Below are positions 53,959 through 64,000 of a stretch of DNA of 64,000 nucleotides, piece by piece. Under the pieces are notes generated by a model. It did not search any database. It was given only the letters and a program-made list of their open reading frames with translations, and had not been told where the DNA came from. Source of the DNA: Blastocystis sp. Blastoise (lineage: Eukaryota; Protista; Bigyra: Opalinata); the NCBI GenBank assembly GCA_039096225.1, contig JBBPEB010000002.1:806001-870000 (forward strand), in the 5' to 3' direction. Numbering within the stretch: position 1 is the first letter of the stretch; each line of letters opens with the position of its first letter. Both the position numbers and the translations under genes were made by a program.

Positions 53959-55841
53959 TTAAAATAAAAAATAAATGAGAATAGAGAATAGAATAATAGA
54001 TAGAATGAATAATAATCTTAATAGATATCTATTATCTTTAGAAGGAATAGAATGAAGAATAGTGTTTACTTGTGTTGAGAATGATTCAAATGAAAATTTC
54101 TAAGAAAATTAAATAGCATATTATATTATATTATATTATATTATATTATATTATATTATATTATATTATATTATATTATATTATATTATATTATATTATA
54201 AATTTAAAAGAAAGAAAGAAAGAAATATACTTCAAGAACTCGTTTTCGTCCATGTTGACCTAATTGATTTCGTAATTTATTTGAATTTACAATTTGTATC
54301 ATATCCTAAAAAAAAAGAATAATATAAAAAAAGAATAATATATTTAATAAAATAATAAAATATTAAAAATACATCTGCAATATCATTTTCGTCATTAAAT
54401 AAGAATCCATTGTATCCATCAATAACTGTTTCTTTTGGACCCCCACTAGCATGTGCAATAACAGGTGTATAGAGGATCATAGATTCTAAAGGAACAATTC
54501 CAAAATGTTCATCTGTTGGTGTATAAATAAGTGATAAAGAATGATATATTAATTGATTTCTAGTTTCTTCTGAAGGTGATTTCAATAAAGAAACATTTGA
54601 AGACAAATCAAAAGACTATATATATAATGATATTCATCATTAATATAGTAAAAAACAATCGATCATTCGTATCCATAATAATATATATTCATAAATACTT
54701 TTGCTAATTGTTCTAATTCACAATAATAATCAACATTCTCTTTAACACGTGTATCATATCCACCCATAATAACTAAATGAATCTATACAATTATTTAAAA
54801 AATAATGGAAAAAATATTTTTAAAAAGATATTTATAATAAATATATATATATATAATAATAGTATATAATATATACATTTTGTTGATTGAATAGATCTAT
54901 TCCTACCTTATCTCTATAGATCTTTAAAGCATATATACATCTCTCTACACACTTCTTACGTTCATATCGATTTAAAGATACGAAATAACCACGAGAATCT
55001 GATAATAAACTTTGTATATACTCATTAGGTTGTTTAATAGAAGAATCTTCTTTAATATTAACACAAGGATATAAAACAGAAGCATCTGGAACTATCTGAA
55101 TGTGACTGAAACATTTCTTATATTTATCACGAGTGAAAAGACTGTTAACACAAACTTTATCAGCAAAACACATACAGAATTCTTCAAATAAATCGAATGG
55201 AATTCGATATCTATAATAGAAAATAAATGATAATTATTTTTATTATTATTTTTATTATTATTAAAAATAAAAATACATTTTTTTAAGTAAAGAAGTACGT
55301 ATACATAAATATTGATCAGGCATATGACAATAGAAGAAGATCTTAGAATTAGTAAGTAGACGAAGAAGTGGCATATAAGCTGCATTAGTATCACAAAGAA
55401 TAAGATCGTAAGAAGAAGAATTGAGAGAAACAACAAGAGATAAATAGAGAGCTCGAAGTGTAGAGAAGAAAATAAAGAAATGATGGAAGAAATGTCGAGG
55501 AATGAAATCTCCATGAACATATACATTTAATGTTCCTAGAATAAAATGAAATATTGACCATAGTAGATGAGAATGAGACTAATGAGATATAAAAATACCA
55601 TCTTTTGTTTCTTCAAATGAATGATCATCATGGTGTGACGTATAACTATATATTTATTATTATTAGAAGATATAAAAAGAAGAAAATATATAATAAAAAG
55701 TGTAATGAATAAGAAATACATATCAACTTGATTGTTATTATTCTGACATGCAAGTGCCAGATCCACCATCAATCTCTCTGCACCACCAATACCCAAATCT
55801 GGATGTAAAAGAGCTATTCGTAACGATTTCTTTTCACTCAT
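53959..55841 (-). CDS. ALG2: Alpha-1,3/1,6-mannosyltransferase ALG2
   Basis: LHPDLGIGGAERLMVD; FYCHMPDQ; SLNRYERKK; GGYDTRVKENV; LIYTPTDEHFGIVPLESM; SGGPKETV; C-terminal TM segment. One intron holds (TATAT)n at ~54120-54200. Confidence 0.95.
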
Positions 55842-56339
55842 CTCTATATTAATAATTCATCAGAATATAGAATCATATTTTACTATGATCTAATCATATA
55901 ATCAATTAAATACTTGAATAGTCAAACAAATAACGAATAAAAACAAAGCCCGATAAAAAACTTTGTTGGGATGTTCAAAATGGCTACAAAAAACGGAAGA
56001 AGGTAAATATCGCTATTTTAAGCCTTATTGTTAATAACTCTTCTATTTGAAAAAATTCATTATTTTATGAAATATATAAACATAGAGGATATTTTCTATA
56101 TTGTCTATATATTCTTGTCTGTCATATCAATTAATTAATTAATTTGAGAATGAAACAAAAAGCGAGTTATATAGCGTAGTGTTTTATTATTGATAATTTG
56201 AAGAAGGATGATATAAATATATATAATATGATAAATAAGAAATATAAAAAGAAGAAGAAAAAGTTTGAAAATAGAAAAATGAGTTGATCATGAACCAAAC
56301 AAAGAGTTAGTGTCATCACTTCTTATGAGAATAATACAT

Positions 56340-56869
56340 TTATTGCTTGTTGGCAACAGAGAAGTATTCGAGCTAGAGAGAAGATAGATATATAAACATT
56401 TATTTAATAGATTATTTTATAAATAATATCACAATAAATAAAATATAAGAAAATAAAATTAAAAATAAATAGCTTGTAGTTGTTCTTAGCTCTGCTCATA
56501 ACTCTGAGGTAATCACGGAGTTGTTGTTTCTTAAGATACTTCTTAGTAAGATACTTAAGATATCTCTTGGAGAAATCGGGAAGAACGGTTACCTTAATGG
56601 TAGATTCAGCAACTTCAACAGCAACAGCTTCACCAAGGTTGTTGGTCTTACCGTTAACCTTAATACGTTCGACGAGGTACTTTTGGAAAGCGGCAACATC
56701 GAGAATCTTATCGGTAGCAGGGACAGTGCAATCAATAGTGTAGGTAGTCTTCTTAGCAGATAATGAAAAAATGATTAATTGAAAATGTCTTCAAAGCAAA
56801 TTTGAATGAATGCACAACATGAAATAAATATAAACAAATATAAATATATAATCTACATACAGGAGCCAT
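56340..56869 (-). CDS. RPL22: 60S ribosomal protein eL22 (exons 56861-56869, ~56473-56760, 56340-56372)
   Basis: YTIDCTVPATDKILDVAAFQKYLVERIKVNGKTNNLG..FSKRYLKYLTKKYLKKQQLRDYLRV..YKLEYF; missed by the ORF track; intron 2 lacks a GT donor. Confidence 0.92.
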
Positions 56870-58293
56870 TATGTCTAATAACAAAAGAGGTGATGAAATA
56901 GATATGTAAAATATTTAGAAAATAAATGGTTTAAATAAAAAATGGACTTTAGAAGAAAACCCGACGTGAGAGTTCAAGCAGTGATAAATATATATATGTC
57001 ATTGACATAAATAATTATAAGGATTTTGATTGGCTATTCTCTATAAGTGAACCTGTCTAATTGTCGCAAGTATTTGCAAAATGACGATTTTTATTATTTT
57101 TACCCATTCTGTCGTGTTTAATAAAAATTTAAAATAATCATGTTTATTCTTTTGGAGAAATGGCAATGAATACTGTCGCTAATAAGGGGGATAAAATATC
57201 AAATCCTTTTGAGTCATATATTATAATGTAGGGAACGTATTCTTATATAAAAGAGCAACTTATAAAGTATGATGACTATGAGCAGTAAGTTAGCGATAAA
57301 AATTTAGCTAAAGAATGCATTTAATTTTTATTAATTCCTATAACACTTAATAATTTATGTTTTTGCTTGTATATAGTTAGAATTGAGTGTATTTTGAATA
57401 GTTTATATGCATTTGTCATATTTATTAAATCAATGTTGAAAATGATTTGTTTTTTTGAAGAGGTTAACTGTATGTTGTTTCTTTCTAGATTATTTTAAAT
57501 TGATTTGTGAAATGTTGGTATGATTTGTTTGATGTTTTGAAACATTTCTGGATCTTTTCACAAATGGATCAGAATCAGTTGTGATTCTCAATATCATCAC
57601 TTAATAATATTGTTTTTATATTGTTACAAAATGAATATTTTATCATTTACAATCATAAAATTAGATAAAAAATTATATATAATTCTGTTTATATGATAGT
57701 AAAATGTTATATAAGAATGAATCAAATTATCAAGTATTTATAGAATAATTCTTATACTTTTAGTTACTGAATTGTTTCTTTTATTATATAATTGTTATGA
57801 TAAGAATAAGGATGTAACTCCAGGATAGTATTAAATGCTATCACTCTATGAATAAATAAAAAGTCATAATAATCTTTTCTTATTATTCTATATATGATTG
57901 CTTCATTACATTATATACAAAGATATCTAAAAGAAATGTGTGTTCTAGAATATATAACAATAATATAAAGTATGTATCAAGTAATATAAATGCTTTAGTT
58001 CACAAATATAATAAGAAACAGTATTATTCTAATCGAACTATTTCTTCACTAAAGAAATATAACAAAACAAATACTATGAAACTCTAAGTTATGTTTATGT
58101 ACATAGAGTAGAATCAATACACAATAATACTCATAGAAAATGTATATTGAATTAATAAATAATACAGAAAGAATGATTCATATATGTATATATATAAGAC
58201 TAAAGGTATACAAGTTATATATGTAGATATCATTAATATAGTGATATTTGAAAAAAAAATAATTAATTATTATTCTTTTACAAAAAATAAAAA

Positions 58294-59743
58294 TTAAACA
58301 CGTGAAGGAGCAGTAGATGTAGGATAGTTAGCTAATCTTTGTTCTTTTTTGGTACAGAAAAACATGCAAGCCATTATGGAATATAATAACTATAGAGAAA
58401 ATAAAATCAATACATGAGATATTATGAAAGATAAAGATGATATACATAATATATATAAAATATATATATAATATATATATAATATATATATAATATATAT
58501 AAAATATATATATAATATATATAAAATATATATAAAATATATATAAAATATATATAAAATATATATAAAATATATATAAAATATATATAAAATATATATA
58601 AAATATATATCGAAACATACATAGATTATACAGCCAATAACAGAAAGAATAACAGCAAATGAATAATATCCAGCTACTCTGTATACAAATTAAGAAGATT
58701 ATAAATATGATTATAAGTATATATTACAGTAAATAAATATATAGTTTTATAAAGAGAAAAAGAAGAAAGGATATCTTAGCAATAGGTTCATAACAAGTAG
58801 TTACAGAAGTTAAGTCTCCTTCACAAGCAGAAGAAGCAAATACACTTCCTACACCAAATTCATCATAGTTGAGATAATACCACAACAATTACTTTCAACC
58901 TATTAATAAATATATATCATAAGAATAATCTAAAGTGTTTTACTATGATATAAAACAAATATATATAGTTATTGACTGAGAATAAACAATCTTTGTATAA
59001 CATATACAGATAATGCTTTATAGGCTTCAATATAACCTTTATCCTTTCTGGCATAAGTTACAAGTGTATATTCAATAGATAAAGTTTTATTTTGCATAGC
59101 ATCAGTACTCATATCCTATATAAACAACCAAATAAAAAAATGTTATATACATATGAATAAAGCAAATGTATATAATATATAAAATATATATATACATCCA
59201 TGGTATTCCAATATGTTGAGACAGAACTAAAGGAAAAAATTAAAACAAGAGCAGCAATTATACCAACAATACAATAGAAAATAGTCTATAAAGAATCATA
59301 TAAATAATTTAATTATTTTCAAATAAATATATATAGATACAAATCCATTACAACAGTCAACTCCACATTTAACAATAGAAGAAAGAATCAAAAAACAAAG
59401 TGAAGCAGCAAACATCATCCAGAAGAAACTATAGAAATAGAGATAAATATATAAATACTTATGATTTATAGACTAAAAAATATTTATGGTGTTATAATAT
59501 ATGTATACTAAGAAACAGAGAACCAATATGTAGTTTTCTCAACATCAAAAGAGAACTATAATAAAATAATGAATTGATCACAAAAGTTTACATACACTAC
59601 CAGAAACGAAAATGCATATGATAGCTAGAATGAAACAGCATCCAGTAGCAATTCCGGAGATAATTAACATCTTTTTTGAAAAGTCTTGTTCTAAAACAGA
59701 TCATTTTTTATTTAGTGAAGAACTTACTGGAAGTATTAGGCAT
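58294..59743 (-). CDS. Tetraspanin-like four-TM protein
   Basis: Three N-terminal TM segments, large loop with CCG..C..C (VESNCCGSVFASSACEGDLTSVTTCYEPI), fourth TM. Needs a 32-nt intron (58850-58881) and an AT-AC intron (58681-58774). Confidence 0.7.
58495..58610. repeat. Intronic 11-mer repeat (AAAATATATAT)n
   Basis: Direct reading. Confidence 0.8.
58681..58774 (-). other. U12-type (minor spliceosome) AT-AC intron
   Basis: 5' ATATCCTTT, branch-like TTCTTAAT, 3' ..GTATAC; removal gives in-frame IAK|RVAG. Confidence 0.75.
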
Positions 59744-62147
59744 TCTTAATTAATTTCAATAATAAATAAAATATACACTACAAAACTAATTTAAAACAAG
59801 AGTAATTTGGAGAGACAGTGTTGAATATCCAAAGCAATTTTGAGGGATTATTAATAGTCAGAAATGAATCATCAAAACCGAACAAGTTTTTATGATAATC
59901 ACGAATATCTATAAATTAATCATTGAAAAACCAGTATTCCCATTTTCAAATATAAAAGAGATAGATTACGTTTAAAGATTCTTTAACGTATACTTTTTGA
60001 GATTTTGAAATATATTCTGAATTTTATTCGTCCTTATTATTGTCTCTGTTATATAAATTATAAAATACTCATAAGATAACACAATAATAATCAAAAAATA
60101 AAAAAATACTGAGTGAATGTGTTTTTGATAAAACTGTGAGAAATCCATTCAAAAAAATATCATTCGATTTAAATGTGTATTACAAACCTAGTCTACTTTG
60201 ATTTCTGATGTATATATTGAGAAAAAAAGTATAAAAAGGAAAAATGTGAACATGTTAACATTTCTGTAGAAACATAGATATATTCATTTATTTTCATGTT
60301 TTCATAAAATTTATTTGTTAGAAATAGAATGCAATGCTTTAAGATCCTTTTTAGAATGCGAGAAAAAAGAAAATACCATCTATTCATATTATAATAATTA
60401 AAACAAATTAGAAGCATATAAAAAAGGGGTAGTATTCTTTATACGCATTTTTTTGCAATAGTTTTGTTCTATTGATTTAGAACACAACTCTTTATGCATT
60501 TATTAAAGACAATTCTAACACAATTAGAGTCAATTGTGTTGAAATATCGTAATATTATTCTTAAGATCCATAGAATGTTTTCTAATCATCAAATGTGATT
60601 TATTTTTTCATTGATACGTAATATAGTTTTTTCAAGAACAATGATCAACAATATAAACTGTTATATACTATACCTACGTATAATAACCATGTTGTTCCGG
60701 TAAATTAATAATTTATAAATCTTAAAAACATAAATAAGAAACTAGTTAAACAAAAAAGGATATTATCGAAAAATCAGAAGGTTTCTTTATATACTTTTCT
60801 TTTTAGTTTCATTTTTGTATTAAAAATATGTTGAAAATATTGATTATATCTCGATTGCGTTTATTTCATTATATATATGTTTCACAAGTAGTCTAGAGCA
60901 TTAAGCATATCTTAATTGATAATTAAGTTTTTAGTATTATTCAATAACATGAAATTTTATCGGTATTTCGATGTCACAATGATCTGAACAATGCAACCAA
61001 AACAAAAAGAGACGATAATACTTATTTCTTTTGCATCATTTGTATTTTGGGTTGCTTTATTTATATATATTTTCTTATATCTGATTAAGTTGCTACTACA
61101 AGGTTATGTGAAATATAAAAAAGATGTTATTTCTATGAGTAATCTTAATATAAGTTAAGCATCATATTAATTAATATATTCTTTTTCAGTGTTAGTTAGG
61201 AATGAATTTATACATGTAAACAACGCTTTCTAAGCAACTAAATGACAGTGAATGCATAATTTCTTTTTTATTGCCTTGTTTTCGTATTTTTAAAATTAAT
61301 AATTGAAAAATGTAATTAACTTTTTCTTTTTTATCATTCATTCAATCCGTTAGTCATTGTATATAGTTACGTATAATTATTATATTCTATAATTCAGTAT
61401 AAATGCCTGCTATTATGATATGAAGACTTGAATAATGATATTTATAAATATACAAACAAGCTATTCATTACTAATGACTCTATCAATACTTTATCTAAAG
61501 GAACAATATTTATGTTTCAATTCCATCAATAACTGTTCTTTATTTGAAGAACAATATAAATCATCTCCATAATCCTAATTTATAAGAAATACAGAGATAT
61601 TTTGCCATATTATAAACAATATATATATACAGTTACAAGAATAATTACATTATAAACAATAATGAGTCCAATAAAAATGCTATATAAATAAAATTCATAC
61701 ATTACAAATGTTTAATCATTCATTCTGCTATTAATATATATCAAATAACGAAAATAAAACTGAATAAATTCTTTACATACACGGAGGACAGCGTATAGCA
61801 TTTTTACAATTTTGAAAAACCCAGTTGACCACATATTAGTGATCAGAGGATTATGAATCATTCTGCAATCTTCTTCACATCATAGAATCATTTTCAAATT
61901 GTGTTTTACCTTGATAATCTAATAAGCAATACGTGTTTGAGAGCATAGGAAATCAAATTTTACATATGATGCAATTATATATATAAATCAAGAGTCATTA
62001 ATGTTAACAAATCATTTTTTATGAAAAAATGATAAATTCGCGCTAGGGAATCAATTTGTTCGTGAATAAAAAACACTTTTGAAAGACAAAAATTCAAAAT
62101 ACAATTTTTAAAAATCTCCTCTTATTAAAGTCATCCAAATAAATAAG

Positions 62148-64000
62148 ATGGAATCAGATGAACAGAACAGTCGGCCACTGTCTCAAAGTTTAAAAAATGT
62201 AGATATGCTTGGTCATCGTTCTGTCAATTCTTTAAGAAGATCTCGAGTTATTCGTCCTCTTTCTACTACGTTAACAGGAGATATTGATCTAATTAAATCT
62301 GAGTCGCTTCTTGAAGTTAAAACACACAAATATCTTTTGAAGAATGGATCCTTACAAGAAGCAGAGGAAATAAATAAATTATTTTCTGAAGGTTGTTGGG
62401 TTTATAAAGTTCAAGCAAACAATATTTGGAAAAAATCAGTGAGTATTATGTGTATTAAGTTATTAATTTCCTTCTTTTATAGAATAATTTACAGAAGCGT
62501 TATATAAAGATCGATAACGACATACTCCTTTATGATCACAATGAAAAAATGCAAAATCCTCAGTATTTTATATGTTTTTAATATTTATTTATTATTATAT
62601 TTTTTTTTAGGAAGATAAATTTGTTACAAGTCTCTGCTTCTACATATCCAAGCACGTTCCTTCCTAAAGACTATGCAATAAAAGATACAGTTGATGTTAT
62701 AGCACATAATAGGACGTATACATTTGTTGGAAAATCAAATTTATCAAAATCAATTGAATTTGTTAATTATGTATTTTTTTAAACTTATTATGTATAAAGT
62801 CGTTTTATTATATACATTACATAATCTAGTTGGGCAGATATTGTGAAAAGGTATTATCGCTAACTCAAAAACCTTCAGATCCAGTTATGATTGATGACTT
62901 GTATATATATATATATAGTATACTTTATTCTTTTTTACAATGTTTATATATATGTATATAGGTATAAAAAAGGTTTGCTGTTAGAGAGTTGCCCTGTTGA
63001 AACCATAGAAAATCGTGTTCATTCGATATCTGTAGATGAGAAATGGAAATATATACAAGAACATAATTTACATTTAGAAAATGTGAAACTAAATGAACAA
63101 ACGGATTTCCTTATTACTACTTTATGTCATGTATATATATATATATACAAATAAGAATATTAATATATATAAAATTATTATTTATTCTATTTATTGTTCA
63201 TATCGTCTTTTTATGTTTTCTTTTTTTATTCATTATTATGTATATTTTAGAAAATATATTTTATGATTATTAATAACATATCTAGTTTCAATTTCTATTA
63301 TTATGTTATATATATTATTTTAATATGATATATAAATAGTTTGAGGGACAAGATCCTGAGTCGATATGGAAGTGTATTACTATTATAGAAGAAGGAAATA
63401 ATACTGTTCTAGAACCTTTCTATAATAAAGGAGGTATTCAACATATATTAAAGGTATATATATATATAATCTATTTGTATTAGTAATTTGTATTAATAAT
63501 TTATGTTTTTAAAATAAAAACAATATCTATATATAATATACTAATATTATTATTATATAATTATATATATATATAACTATATATAGAACATTGAATCTTA
63601 TTCATTAGTAGATAAACCAACAGATACCGAGTTACAAGTGATTATTCAACTTCTAACGTGTATACATACTATTATTAATACACCAAAGGGATTAGTACGA
63701 TTATTAACTATTGATAAATCACTATCTTCACTTGTTTTAGCATTATTCCCATTGGAAACAGACTGTATTCTCTGTTTAATTAATATTCTTCTTTCTATAA
63801 TCACATTAGGAAAAGATATATATATTAATCCTGATATTATTAATGTTAAAGAGAATCCAAATGTAATTCGTGTTGAAGATCGTGATACTATATTATATTA
63901 TTTAAAACCAGGTGTAGACTTTGTTATAGAAGCATTAGATAGCTTTCGTAATCGAACAAGAGAACAAATATGTTTTCAAAGTTTAGCTGAAATCTTAGAA
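62148..64000 (+). CDS. PH-domain + GBD/FH3 formin-like protein, truncated by the window end
   Basis: PH: EGCWVYK..LQKRYIKI..INL..VIAHNRTYTF. GBD/FH3: DEKWKYI, FYNKGGIQHIL, LTCIHTIINTPKGL, GVDFVIEALDSFRNRTREQICFQSLAEIL. FH1/FH2 not in the window. Confidence 0.7.

Noticed and set aside
56521-56763. Plus-strand 80-aa ORF
   Set aside because: Antisense shadow of RPL22 exon 2.
58850-58881. Apparent frameshift after CCG in the tetraspanin
   Set aside because: Resolved by a canonical 32-nt GT-AG intron giving CCGSVFASSAC.
62830-62961. Apparent frameshift in the formin PH/GBD linker
   Set aside because: A canonical model works: FVNY|LGRYCEKVLSLTQNLQIQ|YKKG using donor gttatg at ~62884.

Overview
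Very AT-rich (visually about 80% A+T), intron-dense eukaryotic nuclear DNA using the standard code. The ORF track is mostly fragments because genes are split by many introns of about 32-400 nt. Hand splicing gives 16 complete gene models plus one truncated: a secreted DnaJ-like protein, an RRM/low-complexity protein, CstF-77, CIA30/NDUFAF1, Rrp1/Nop52, RPB5, a TenA-(HAD-like)-ThiD thiamine salvage fusion, mitochondrial PheRS, an intronless coiled-coil protein, mitoribosomal mL59 and mL43, a Ser/Asn-rich protein, organellar DNA polymerase POP, ALG2, RPL22, a tetraspanin-like protein and a PH-GBD/FH3 formin. The combination of POP, complex I and mitoribosome genes, 32-45 nt introns and a U12-type AT-AC intron suggests a Blastocystis-like stramenopile (inference). 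1-12 kb is satellite-rich with decayed gene relics and a foldback. 39.7-45 kb is a gene-free island with diverged ~247-bp and ~760-bp repeats and a lone GC hairpin. Most notable: (i) introns in intact genes that apparently need non-GT donors (CT-AG, AT-AG), in a genome whose introns carry self-complementary (TA)n at both ends; (ii) the three-domain thiamine salvage fusion; (iii) an HPD-less secreted DnaJ with Cys-rich modules; (iv) the centromere/Helitron candidate island. All models are manual and lack transcript evidence.
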